Made by a program: the position numbers and the translations under genes | In this document: positions 9,322 to 19,193 of the stretch, one piece after another | Position numbering within the stretch: the stretch's first letter is position 1 | Layout of the letters: every line of letters starts with the position of its first letter | Sequence record: NZ_CP044066.1 | Reading direction: 5' to 3' (one strand) | Source: a plasmid | Length of the DNA: 64,000 bases | The notes under the pieces: model-generated | The model's database searches: none | What the model saw: only the letters and a program-made list of their open reading frames with translations | What the model was told of the DNA's origin: nothing

Positions 9322-10620
9322 ATGCTGGGCGATTTAGACGAGCTAGTGTTGCGGTGTCGTAATGAAAGAGCTCGTGTCCATATTGGTGAAGCGGTCACGG
9401 CCTATAAGGCTGGAGCGTACCGCTCGGCCGTCATTATGACTTGGGTGGCCCTTGCTTTCGATATTGTAGACAAACTTAAAGAGCTATCGATTAACGGCGA
9501 TGCCGCGGCAACAAAGACGATTGAAGAATACGAGCGCATACATAAAGACGGTGATATCTCCGCCTCACTAAAATTCGAGCGATCGCTTTTAGTCGTAGCG
9601 AAGAAGGATTTCGAGCTTTTCTCCGATTCTGAGTTGATCGAACTGGAGAGAATTCAGGAAGACAGAAACCGCTGTGCGCACCCGTCTCACAATATGGAAG
9701 GAGAGCCTTTTGCGCCGTCAGCCGAGCTTGCTCGCGCGCATATACGCGCTGCCATAGACTATGTGATGAAGAACGAGCCTGCTCAGGGTAGGCACGCGCT
9801 AGACATGGTCATGAAAATGCTCACGGGCGACTACTTTCCAACGAACCGTCGTAAGGCTTTCGAAGCGCTTGCTCACAGCCCTTTAATGACTGGGCGACAA
9901 TCGCTTGTCCGGGCTTTTTTGGTGGTTGTGTTGAAAGACTTGTTACGCGGCGCGGTGGAGAGTCGTAAGAGAGCCAAGTACATCAATGGCCTTTGGTTCG
10001 TTAAAGAGAAGCGCCCCGATTTGTGGCAATTGCTCTTCAACAACGAGTTCTCAGCCCTATCCAAGTCCCTTGATATTAAGGAGCACGGCGAGCGACTTCT
10101 GCTCATCTTGGCCCGCTTGCGGGATGGCTGGGGTGCCTTGTCGCCGGGAATCCGGGCCGGCTTAGTGCTGCTGGTACAGTCTCTGCCGGAGACCTCCATT
10201 GTGGACGTCGACGAGATTCTCCCATTGCCTGAGCTTCGGACGGCTGCCGTGACTCGGATAAAGAAGTTGTCTGCGGAGGATATCTCTCACATGCTTTTAG
10301 TGGAGGACATACCCGTTGAGATCGTTGATCATATTGTAGATTCCCTCTGCGCTGCAAAGAGTTACGCATCGGCAAACGGTTGGGTTGAGGCACTCGTCTC
10401 CGCATTATGGGCCGACTACGCGGCACTAACGCAGACGCACGCCGATCGCATCCTCGATTCAGTGATGAACAACCGACAGCTGAGAGACTGCGGCAAGCTA
10501 GATCAGCTCTTGAAATTCATTGCTAACCGCAGGTTTGGGCATGGTGTGAGGTGGAATAAAGTACTTGTGGCCACGGAGCGTGATCCATCAAACTACACGG
10601 CGCGAGACTCAGAAAAATAA
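9322..10620 (+). CDS. HEPN-motif protein (Rx4H: EDRNRCAHPSH), Abi_2/AbiD-F-like. Candidate abortive-infection/RNase effector, otherwise hypothetical.
   Basis: 432 aa from the ATG at 9322 (the ORF track begins at a TTG at 9310). AT-richer than the surroundings. It sits immediately downstream of the Wadjet operon. The R-N-x-x-A-H motif around residue 120 resembles the catalytic motif of HEPN/Abi_2 families. No other recognisable domains. Confidence 0.5.
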   Translation: MLGDLDELVLRCRNERARVHIGEAVTAYKAGAYRSAVIMTWVALAFDIVDKLKELSINGDAAATKTIEEYERIHKDGDISASLKFERSLLVVAKKDFELFSDSELIELERIQEDRNRCAHPSHNMEGEPFAPSAELARAHIRAAIDYVMKNEPAQGRHALDMVMKMLTGDYFPTNRRKAFEALAHSPLMTGRQSLVRAFLVVVLKDLLRGAVESRKRAKYINGLWFVKEKRPDLWQLLFNNEFSALSKSLDIKEHGERLLLILARLRDGWGALSPGIRAGLVLLVQSLPETSIVDVDEILPLPELRTAAVTRIKKLSAEDISHMLLVEDIPVEIVDHIVDSLCAAKSYASANGWVEALVSALWADYAALTQTHADRILDSVMNNRQLRDCGKLDQLLKFIANRRFGHGVRWNKVLVATERDPSNYTARDSEK

Positions 10621-10817
10621 GATGCTCAATTGCGTCTTTTCGCTTTTCGTGTATTGCTGAGCAGCTATTAGGAGGCTGCAAATCTGTTGGCGTATTGCCC
10701 GTCGGTCTGGCCGCCCAACTGACGCCCCGACACCTGAGTGCCACCCTGTACTTCGAACGCATAGAGATTTTGTAGAGCGCAATTTTCTTCTTCAGGGATT
10801 GCGTTCCTTGCGTTTCC

Positions 10818-12910
10818 ATGGGCGCAACGCTGCGCCTGAACGGCGGCTTCTACCTGGGCGGCCGGCAGGTCGTCAATCGATCCGGCTACATCAACCTCTA
10901 CGGAGCCGGCACACTCGGCAATGCCCAGGTGACGAACCTCGGCGGGTTCACGTACCTGCTCGGCAGCAGCACGGCGGCCAATGCAGCACCGGCGGTAACA
11001 GCCAGGTCACCACCCGCAGTGGCAGCTATACCGAGTTCTGGGGCTGGAGTACCGCTGGCAACGCCTCGCTGGTGACGGACGCGGGTGGCTGGGTCGACTT
11101 CTCGGGCACATCCGGTCCGGCTTTCGACCACCGGATCACCGCAGGCGCCATCGCGGGGGCGGGGCGCTTCCAGCTCGGCCAGAACGCCTTGACCGTGGGC
11201 GGCAACAACACCTCCACCACGGTGAGCGGCACGATCGAGGATGGCGGTGCCGGTGGAGGCACCGGCGGCGGGCTGATCAAGATCGGCACCGGCACGCTGA
11301 CGCTGAGCGGCACGAATACCTATACCGGTGCGACTCAGGTCAGCGCCGGCACGCTGGCCGTGAACGGTAGCGTGCCCGGTGCGGTCACGGTGAACAATGG
11401 CGCCACGCTGAGCGGCGCCGGCAGCGTGGGCAGTACCTTGATTGCATCAGGCGGCACGCGGGCCCCGGGCAATTCTATCGGCACGCTCACCGTCAATGGC
11501 GACTTGATGCTGGCCTCCGGTTCGACCTATCGCGTGGAAGCAGACCCGGCCTCCTCGGCGAGCAACCGTGTGGCGGTGAGCGGTACGGCCACACTCGGCG
11601 GCGCGGTGGTCCATGTCGGCCCCGACGGCAACTTCGCGTCCACGCGCCGCTACAGCATCCTGACGGCTGGGATGGTGCAGGGCCGCTTTGCGTCGGTCAG
11701 CTCGAACTACGCGTTCCTTGACCCGACGCTGACCTATGGCCCCAACGAGGTCACCCTAGCACTCGCACGCAAGGACGTGACGGACCCGGTCTCGCCCGTC
11801 TCGCCGGTCGATCCGGGCGCAGGTGGTGGCACTGGCGGAGGCGGCCCGCGCCCGATGCGCTTTGCCGACGCTGCGGTCACCGGCAACCAGCGTGCCGTGG
11901 CCAACGCACTAGAGACCCTGTCGGACAGCAACCCGGTGCACGAAGCCGTGGTGACGCTGCCCGAGGGCGCGCCGCCGGCCGTCTTCGACAGCCTCTCCGG
12001 TGAGGCCCACGCCAGCGTGGCCACGGGTCTGATGACCCTGGCGGGTGGCGCGCGGGCGCTGCCGCTGGCGCATTTGAACGACAGCCTGTCCGCCGGCATG
12101 CTGCCCGGCGCGCACGTCGCCCAGCTAGGCGGCCCTCTGCCGGCCGCAGCGTTACCCGTATCCGCGTCCCAGCCACTGTGGGTGGAGGTGATTGGCAACT
12201 GGCAGACCTTCGATGGGAGTGCCGCCGCGGCGCGCGTGCGCCAGCAGACGGGCGGCTTCTATCTGGGTGGCGACGGAGCGATGGGGAAAGACTGGCGCAT
12301 CGGCGGGGCATTCGGCTACGCCAACAGCACGCTGCGCGTGAGCAAACGCTCCTCGCGCGCCATCACCGATTCCTTCAGCGCCACGCTCTATAGCGGCCGC
12401 GCCTTCGCGCTCGGCGGCGGCAAGCTCAAATGGCTGTTCGGCACCGCCTATAGCTGGCACGAGGCCAACACCGACCGGCAGGCCAACCTCGGCGGCAGCA
12501 CGGTCCAGTCCTTGACGGCCAGCTATCATGCCAGCACGGCGCAGGTCTTCACGGAAGCCGGCTACGCCGTGCCGCTATCACCGGCAACCCAGCTTGAACC
12601 GTATGCCGGCGTGGCATGGAGCGATACACGCACGCGCAGCTTCGCGGAGACGGGCGGCTCGGCGGCCCTGCACAGCCCCGGCGATAGCAACACCCTGACC
12701 ACCACAACGCTAGGCCTGCGCACTAGCGTGCGGGTTCAGTTTGGTGGCTCCGAGGCGGCATTCTACGTCGGGGCGGGCTGGCGCCATGCATTCGGCGACG
12801 TGCGCCCGGCTACCACGCTGGCCTTCGACGGCAGCCAACCGTATACCGGCCAGTTCGGCGGCGGCAACCAGGACCATACCGGGACGGTGGGAGTGCGGTG
12901 GAGGTTTTAA
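10818..12910 (+). pseudogene. Autotransporter (pertactin-like passenger plus C-terminal beta-barrel), 5'-truncated and frameshifted.
   Basis: The passenger-domain sequence (GTLTLSGTNTYTGATQVSAGTLAVNGSVPG…; 'TGGNS' motifs) and the beta-barrel ending …GVRWRF are recognisable. There is no signal peptide or proper N-terminus. Passenger-like sequence starts abruptly in frame 0 at 10818 and switches to frame 2 near 10985-11000. The 703-aa track ORF has a nonsense Arg/Pro-rich N-terminus. Confidence 0.7.
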
Positions 12911-13425
12911 ACATCGCGCTCCGGGTTGGATCACCACCTGATTGCCTAGGCAATGCCCGGCAAGCCGCGTCGTTGAGCCGAAAGCGCAGCATGCGCGGTA
13001 CACCTATTGACGCGACGAAGATGTGTTAAAGACATCGCGACTCCTCTGCAGGGCGAGCGTGTGATCAAAGATGAAAGCCTGGGATAGATTCCGGCGTTAA
13101 GGTTTAGGGCTTCCTCTGTCCATGCGATGCGACAATGGTCGCCCCGGTGGCGATGGCAAGCCAGCCCGCGTGCCGGCGATGCGCGATCTTCCCGAAAGAT
13201 GGCGCATCGCCGACTGTGCGACAAACTGACTGGAATGTGGAAGGACGGTGCAGGCGGGCGATTTCGCGCAGCGATTCACAATCAAGGCGACGATCTCATA
13301 CGCGCTGGAAAATATCCCGGTTCTGGTTACGGAGCCCTCTGTCGAACAGACTATCGTGAGTGTGCGCAGCTTGCTTGACAAGCTGGAAGCACTAATCACG
13401 ATACGACGTCGCGGCGAGCGGCTTT

Positions 13426-13941
13426 TCAGCCGACCTCAATGATGATGGATACGCGACGATTTTCCGCTCTGCCTAACGCGGTGCGATTATCCGCAATCGG
13501 CATGGATTTTCCCAGTCCGCGTATATGGATACGCTCTTGCGAATATCCGGCACGCTCGAGCAGCCGGGCCACAGCGGTCGCCCGACGCACCGACAGTTGC
13601 TGGTTATATTCCGCGCTACCCTTGTCGTCGGTATGCCCGTGCACATTGAGGTCGTTGATGCCTGCATCGGCAAGTAAGCGCCCAAGTCGCAGCAGTGGCG
13701 CCTCACGGTCGGCAGCAATGAAGTCTTCATCGACGCCAAACAGTACTTTCTCAGCCAACCCGAGTTCCCAGCCATTTTCCGTCAGCTTGAAGCCTTCGCT
13801 TTGCAGCAAGGCTACTTGAGCTGGAGTTAGCTTGTTGTGACGAGACTCCCGCGTTGCACAGCCGACCAATGAAAGCGCGGCTAACGAGGTGAAGAAGTGC
13901 AAGAGAATGCGACGCGACTGAAAGGTGGGTTGGTATGACAT
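13426..13941 (-). CDS. OmpA-family (Pal-like) peptidoglycan-associated lipoprotein.
   Basis: 171 aa. Lipoprotein signal (LAALSLVGC). The C-terminal OmpA-like domain carries the motifs NxxLSxxRAxxV and GxGxxxP. Confidence 0.8.
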   Translation of the reverse strand: MSYQPTFQSRRILLHFFTSLAALSLVGCATRESRHNKLTPAQVALLQSEGFKLTENGWELGLAEKVLFGVDEDFIAADREAPLLRLGRLLADAGINDLNVHGHTDDKGSAEYNQQLSVRRATAVARLLERAGYSQERIHIRGLGKSMPIADNRTALGRAENRRVSIIIEVG

Positions 13942-14060
13942 GAGTAGCTATCCGGTTCGCCGCGCGACGCGAGACTCGGCGTCATCCCGCGAGTAAGCGG
14001 AAGCGGCATATGACAATGTGGCATTGTGTCGAATAAGCATGCTTATCGTCTTCCCGACGC

Positions 14061-14420
14061 ATGGGGGATACGATCGTCGGCTATGCGGCAGCGCACCGCG
14101 CTCGCCGAGCTTTCTTCACTCGCCGGCCACACGTTAGGGCGCCACCCCCGTCATGCAGAGGTGCGGGCGGACGAGTCACCTTGGTCCCGGCTGTGGACAT
14201 TGTGGAAGACACTAATGGCGTTACGTTGTGGGCTGACCTCCCAGGCGTGAGCCGCGAAAATCTTCAGGTCAGTTCCAACGAGGGTGCATTGCACATCGAA
14301 GGGCAGGCGGTCGTGCCGACGCCCTCGGGTCTTCGCGTGCAGCATGCGGAAATTCGCCAACCTCACTTTGCGAGGTCGTTCTCGTTGAGACCGGACCGCC
14401 GTCCGGGCACCGAAACTTAG
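14061..14420 (+). CDS. Hsp20/alpha-crystallin-family small heat-shock protein. The start is uncertain and the C-terminus possibly truncated.
   Basis: Alpha-crystallin core (PAVDIVEDTNGVTLWADLPGVSRENLQVSSNEGALHIEGQ). The Arg-rich N-terminus is atypical. The protein ends about 25 aa earlier than canonical Hsp20 (no GVLxIxxPK motif). Possibly decayed. Confidence 0.4.
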   Translation: MGDTIVGYAAAHRARRAFFTRRPHVRAPPPSCRGAGGRVTLVPAVDIVEDTNGVTLWADLPGVSRENLQVSSNEGALHIEGQAVVPTPSGLRVQHAEIRQPHFARSFSLRPDRRPGTET

Positions 14421-14612
14421 CCCGCAGGTGCCGATTCAAGAAAAATGAGGTCCCGGACGTAATTCAATGGGAGCCATAGCGGCCACCAAGAAGGGAGCCG
14501 GGCTAGTCTCCGCTGTTCGGGGACAGGCAGCACGCGCCAGCGCCGTGATAGTCGCGCGCAGGGCGCCGGGCGATAGCGCCGGGCTACAACCAGAACATTA
14601 CGGGTCGGATCC

Positions 14613-16628
14613 ATGTTTCCACGTCTTCCTGCCGGCGCACGCGCGTTCGGTATTGCCTTGCTTGCGACTGCGGTACTTGCTGCCTGCGGTTCCGATGACA
14701 ATGCCACTCCCGCCCAGTCAGCTACGCCGGGCGCCACCAAGGTTGTCGTAGACACAAGCAGCGCTGCGCCGGTAGCAGGCACCACGCTGACGCTGAAGGC
14801 GACGGTGTTTGCCGCCGATGGGAATGAGGTGAAAGGAGCAAGCTTCGCCTGGACGTCTTCCGACGAATCGGTTGCCGTGGTCACAGGGGCTTCGGACAAG
14901 TCGCCGGCAGGAATCTCGGCTTCGGTTCTGGTCGGCACCTATGCCACGGTGCAGACCCGCAATGCTGGCGTAGCCGATATCACGGCCACGGCGACGCTTG
15001 CCGATGGCGGCCGAGCTACCGCGGTTACGCATCTGGTAGTGCAATCGGCGCCCGCAAAGTCGTACACGCTGACGCTGTCGCCCGCGACCCTGACAGTGAC
15101 CGCCGGCGCGGCGGCTCAAACCGTGACCGCCGCCGTGCGGCGCTCGGATGGCGTCGATGGTATCGCCGACCTGATCAACTGGTCGTGGAGCACCGGCGAT
15201 ATCACTTTCCCCGTGACCGCCGCAGTGGACGGCCGTTCAGCACAGATCAGCAGTCCATCATCTGCCACGCTGGGTGGCTCCGCCGTGCTCGCCGCCTGCG
15301 CGGATACACCCACAGGAGCCCGCCTGTGCGGCAACGCCGCGCTGGCCCGCCCGACCACGGTGCCGCTGCCGACTTACACGGTGGGCGGTACGGTGTCCGG
15401 TCTGGCCGCGGGGAAGAGCCTGATGCTGGCCGGGGCCAACGGCGATACGGCGGTCGTCAGCGCCGGCGGGGCGTTCTCATTCCCCACCGGGCTTGTCGCC
15501 GGGACGCTGTACGGCGTCACGGTGTCTGGCCAGCCTGCCGGGCAGACCTGCACTGTGCAGAACGGCAGCGGCACCATCGCCGGCACCAACGTTACCGATG
15601 TGACGATCAACTGCGTGCAGGCCCAGTTCGTGGTCGTGCCCAACAGCGTGGATTTTAAGATTTCGGTCTATCGGATCGATCCGCGCAACGGAACGCTTGC
15701 CGCAGTGCCTGGCAGCCCGTTCGCCACAACGAGAAAGGTGACTGACATCGCCTTCCTGCCGTCGGGGCTGGTGGGCTACGCGATCATGCGCGACGACGAC
15801 GCGGTGGAGGCATACCAGCTGGATCCAGCCACTGGCGCCCTGAGCGTTATCTCTGGCACGAGCGCGCCGACCTCCCCGATGCCGGAGGTTATCTCCGTGC
15901 ATCCCACGGGCAAGTGGTTAATTATTGGCGCAGGGCGCACTGTCCTCGCATTCAGCATCAACCCCCTCACCAACACGGCGACAGCTACTGGACAGGGGTA
16001 CTGGAGCGGTGACTTGAGCGGTCGTACATCAGGTGTTGCCGTGTCGCCGAATGGTCGGTTTATCTATTCGGTGAACACCACAACGGACGAGGTGTGGTCC
16101 ATGGCCTTTGATCCGTTGCTCGGCACAGTCTATTTGCCAGACACGACGCCACCCACTGGCTCAGGCGCGCGTAGCGCTGTGGTGTCTGCCGATGGCCGGA
16201 TGCTGTACTCGCTGAACATGTCCAGCAACACAATCGGCGTCGGCGCTATCGACCCCGTTAGGGGTGCCGTGACCGCGATTGACGTTTTCCCGACCATGCT
16301 TTCGCCCACCGACATCGTGCTCGCCCCGTCGGGTCCGTTTGCCTATGTCCTGACTGGGGGGCAGACTGCAAATGGGATTCAGGTGGTGCGGCGCAATCTG
16401 ACGACGGGTTTGTTCGATCAGAACCTGGGGAGCACGCCCACCGGCTTCAACGCGCAACGCCTGCACGTCGATCCGAGCGGGCGCTTCCTGTATTCGCCGT
16501 CCTTCCTCGGCGAGCTCTACGGCTTCGCAATCAATTCAACCACCGGTGCGCTGACACCGGTGCCGGGCAGTCCATTCCCCACGGGCAATGGCAATATCGG
16601 CATGGCGATTGTCGAGCCGCTGCCATAG
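14613..16628 (+). CDS. Secreted lipoprotein with an N-terminal Big_2 (bacterial Ig-like) domain and a C-terminal lactonase-type 7-bladed beta-propeller.
   Basis: 671 aa. Lipobox (LLATAVLAAC). Thr/Ala/Val-rich Ig-like region. Repeated 'ISVYRIDPRNGTL…PGSPF…' blades typical of the 6-phosphogluconolactonase-like beta-propeller family. Confidence 0.7.
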   Translation: MFPRLPAGARAFGIALLATAVLAACGSDDNATPAQSATPGATKVVVDTSSAAPVAGTTLTLKATVFAADGNEVKGASFAWTSSDESVAVVTGASDKSPAGISASVLVGTYATVQTRNAGVADITATATLADGGRATAVTHLVVQSAPAKSYTLTLSPATLTVTAGAAAQTVTAAVRRSDGVDGIADLINWSWSTGDITFPVTAAVDGRSAQISSPSSATLGGSAVLAACADTPTGARLCGNAALARPTTVPLPTYTVGGTVSGLAAGKSLMLAGANGDTAVVSAGGAFSFPTGLVAGTLYGVTVSGQPAGQTCTVQNGSGTIAGTNVTDVTINCVQAQFVVVPNSVDFKISVYRIDPRNGTLAAVPGSPFATTRKVTDIAFLPSGLVGYAIMRDDDAVEAYQLDPATGALSVISGTSAPTSPMPEVISVHPTGKWLIIGAGRTVLAFSINPLTNTATATGQGYWSGDLSGRTSGVAVSPNGRFIYSVNTTTDEVWSMAFDPLLGTVYLPDTTPPTGSGARSAVVSADGRMLYSLNMSSNTIGVGAIDPVRGAVTAIDVFPTMLSPTDIVLAPSGPFAYVLTGGQTANGIQVVRRNLTTGLFDQNLGSTPTGFNAQRLHVDPSGRFLYSPSFLGELYGFAINSTTGALTPVPGSPFPTGNGNIGMAIVEPLP

Positions 16629-16699
16629 AGCGTCGGACGCAACGGTCCGCGACAGACACCTCGCACCATCCAATGGAAAACTTCGGCGGCACCCGATGG

Positions 16700-17230
16700 G
16701 CTGTCGAATATGCCGGACCGGTATTTCTATATCAATACAGGTGGAGTCCTTGTTTCCACGGGCTCTTGTCGGCGCGCGCGCTGCCGGCCTTGCCGTGTGC
16801 TCAGCGCGGCGCTGCTCGCCGCCTGCGGCACCGACGACAATCGCCGACGCCAGCCACCACGCCGGCAGCTTCGCGCTTGGTGGCCGACACCGGGAAGGCC
16901 GCACCTGTTGCTGGTGGCAGGCTGACCTTCAAGGCGACATTGCTCGCTGCCAATGGCACGGAATTGAAGGGCGCTGGCTTCGCGTGGACGTCGTCGGATC
17001 CGGCCGTGGCCACCGTGCTGCCACGGACAAGGCTCCAGCCGCTTCGGTGATGGCGACGGCCGCTGCTCCGGTCGGCATTTTCGCCACCACTTAGACGCTT
17101 GCCGCCGGCGGGGCCGACATCAAAGCCACGGCGACGCTCGCCGATGGGAGCCGTGTCATCAGTATGACGCACCTGGCAGTGCAGGCGGCACTGTCAAGCA
17201 GGATGGCGAGCGCAGTGAGGCGGAGTCCTG
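16700..17230 (+). pseudogene. Degenerate, multiply frameshifted partial duplicate of the 5' end of the upstream Big_2/propeller lipoprotein gene, including its leader region.
   Basis: DNA and translation parallels to 14600-15060 appear across three frames: 'atgtttccacg…cttgc…gcctgcgg', SAALLAACGTDDN, VADTGKAAPVAGGRLTFKATLLAANGTELKGAGFAWTSSDPAVATV, ADIKATATLADGSRVISMTHLAVQ. Confidence 0.7.
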
Positions 17231-17287
17231 ACGGTTGCTTGTTTGGCAATTTGCCGTTAATATCAGGGCATATTGCCGGAGCCTGTC

Positions 17288-17743
17288 ATGCGAACCATCG
17301 CCTTTCACCCATCAGGCGCTCAGGCGCCTTATGAACGCTACCTCGAAGACTTGAGTGCTTTTTTGAGCACTAAGGTGCGCGGCGGCGCCGATCTGGCGAC
17401 GTTGGCGAGTGACAGGCTGCCGGCAGAGACACTCGAGCGTCTGCTCGAGACGGGTCTCTCGTGGGACGAAGTCGCCTTCATCATTCCCCGGCGGACGCTG
17501 AGTCATCGTCGGGAGAAGGGCCAACCGCTGACGGTGGAGGAATCAGACAAAGCCATTCGGCTGGCTCGGATTCTTGCCCTGGCGGTGAACACGTTCGGTG
17601 ATGTCGAGCGCGGATTGAACTGGTTGCGTCAAAAGCAGCAGCGGCTCGGCGGGATGGCGCCGTTGTCTCTGGCTGGGACCGAGCAAGGGGCGCATCTCGT
17701 CGAGGAGCAACTCGTGCAAATCGACGAAGGGTACTTTGCCTGA
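17288..17743 (+). CDS. Type II antitoxin, Xre-like DUF2384 family (ParS/MbcA-like), partner of the RES toxin.
   Basis: 151 aa from the ATG at 17288, with a GGAG 6 nt upstream (the track start at 17273 is TTG). The stop overlaps the toxin start (TGATG). Domain order and size match the DUF2384 antitoxins of RES–Xre systems. Confidence 0.7.
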   Translation: MRTIAFHPSGAQAPYERYLEDLSAFLSTKVRGGADLATLASDRLPAETLERLLETGLSWDEVAFIIPRRTLSHRREKGQPLTVEESDKAIRLARILALAVNTFGDVERGLNWLRQKQQRLGGMAPLSLAGTEQGAHLVEEQLVQIDEGYFA

Positions 17744-18210
17744 TGATCCTTTGGCGAATCAGCAACTACGCGGATCTCAAAGGCGTCGGTGGACTGCGCG
17801 CAGGAGGACGATGGCATTTCCCCGGTCAGCCGGTTGTGTATCTTGCAGAACACCCTGCGCTTGCGCTCCTTGAGGTGTTAGTTCACCACGAGCTCTCGAG
17901 AATCGAGGATCTGCCGAGAAACTACCAGCTCTTGAAAGTCGAGGTTGATGACGCCATCGCGGTCGCTAGCATTGCGGACCTGCCGGCAGACTGGAAGCAG
18001 AACGCCGGCTGGTCGAAGAATGCCGGCACGGAATGGCTGTCCGTCCGATCCAGTCTGCTCCTGAAGGTGCCGAGCGTCCTAGTGCCTTACGCGTCGAATT
18101 ACGTTTTTAACCCATCGCATCCGGATGCGGAGAAGGCTCGCATCCTCGAGGCCGAGCGCGTCGAGCATGATCCGCGCATCCTTTCACTGCTCTCTGAGCC
18201 GCGGGCATGA
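17743..18210 (+). CDS. RES-domain toxin (NAD+-degrading ParT/MbcT-like).
   Basis: 155 aa. Conserved R (GGRWHFPG), E (EHPALALLEVL) and S (PSVLVP) regions of the RES domain. Translationally coupled to the upstream DUF2384 gene. Confidence 0.75.
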   Translation: MILWRISNYADLKGVGGLRAGGRWHFPGQPVVYLAEHPALALLEVLVHHELSRIEDLPRNYQLLKVEVDDAIAVASIADLPADWKQNAGWSKNAGTEWLSVRSSLLLKVPSVLVPYASNYVFNPSHPDAEKARILEAERVEHDPRILSLLSEPRA

Positions 18211-18501
18211 TCCCCCCGGCCGTTTTGCCGGCCGTCAGAAAGACCAACAGCTTGAGAGCACGAACGACCGTGCGCAGTGCCTACTGCTAGGAGCGTGGCT
18301 CCTGCCACCTTGTTGCGAAGACACCAGCTCGTAGGCGCCACACGCTCATCAAATCGCAACTAACTGCCAATCCCATCCTGCTCACCACTTTCACATGTGA
18401 AAATGGATCGCATACCCGATAACAGCCTATATCGTTGCTAATAACGGATGCGCAGGTTATACTGTTCGCGTGTTACTAGTAACGACAAACGGGGGAGAAG
18501 C

Positions 18502-18714
18502 ATGGCGAAGAGCACTGCGCTACGTGCCAGGGAGTTTCGGGCCGCAAAGGCAGCGTTGGGGCTGCGCCAAGTGTTGTTATGGGTGCCTGACACGCGTGAT
18601 CCCATCTACATCGCCGAGTGCAAGCGACAGTCAGCACTTATCGCCGCGGAGCCTCGCGAGTGGGAGCTGGCAGAAGAGCTTAGCCAAATGAGTGATACGT
18701 CGGGGTGGGAATGA
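18502..18714 (+). CDS. DUF3018-family antitoxin (MazE-like partner of PemK/MazF).
   Basis: 70 aa from the ATG at 18502, with a GGGGGAG 7 nt upstream. The sequence ALRAREFRAAKAALGLRQVLLWVPDTRDP…AECKRQS matches the DUF3018 pattern. Its stop overlaps the downstream toxin start. Confidence 0.65.
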   Translation: MAKSTALRAREFRAAKAALGLRQVLLWVPDTRDPIYIAECKRQSALIAAEPREWELAEELSQMSDTSGWE

Positions 18715-19037
18715 AGCGAGGTGACGTCGTTGTAGTGGCAATGAACACCGAGTTCGGTAAGCCACGTCCAGCCCTTGTCATTCAGTCCAACACTTACCTA
18801 GACGAGCATCCGACGATCAACGTTTTGCCCATTACCAGCGAGCTTCGCAATACGCCGGCGTTTCGCATTCGTGTCGAGCCGGACGAGCAGAATGGGCTTC
18901 GCGAGATATCGGAGATCATGGTCGACAAGATCCAGTCGCCACTGAGAACGAAGATTGGCAAGGTCATTGGCCGACTGGACAGCGACCGCATGGCGGAAGT
19001 TGACCGTGCACTAACCGTCTGGCTTGGCATCGTCTGA
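18711..19037 (+). CDS. PemK/MazF-family endoribonuclease toxin.
   Basis: 108 aa (MKRGDVVVVAMNTEFGKPRPALVIQSN…NVLPITSE…). This is the canonical MazF/PemK fold signature. Confidence 0.75.
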   Translation: MKRGDVVVVAMNTEFGKPRPALVIQSNTYLDEHPTINVLPITSELRNTPAFRIRVEPDEQNGLREISEIMVDKIQSPLRTKIGKVIGRLDSDRMAEVDRALTVWLGIV

Positions 19038-19193
19038 CATCGACGCATTCAATGCTTCGCCGTACGGCGGGCGAGGTTGCGCCGCCCAACGCGAGGCGGC
19101 CGGCGCAATACCGCACTAGTCAGAGAGTTGTCGGTGACTGGCGGCCCCGACGTCGATCTTGGCCTCATGGGAACGGATGGTGTCCGCAGGACC

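Noticed and set aside
11734-12529. Several 125–155-aa Arg/Ala/Pro-rich ORFs on the minus strand within the autotransporter region.
   Set aside because: Antisense shadow ORFs of a GC-rich, repeat-rich passenger domain. No motifs.
13248-13442. 64-aa ORF convergent with and overlapping the ompA-like gene end.
   Set aside because: It overlaps a confidently called gene on the opposite strand. No RBS and no motif.
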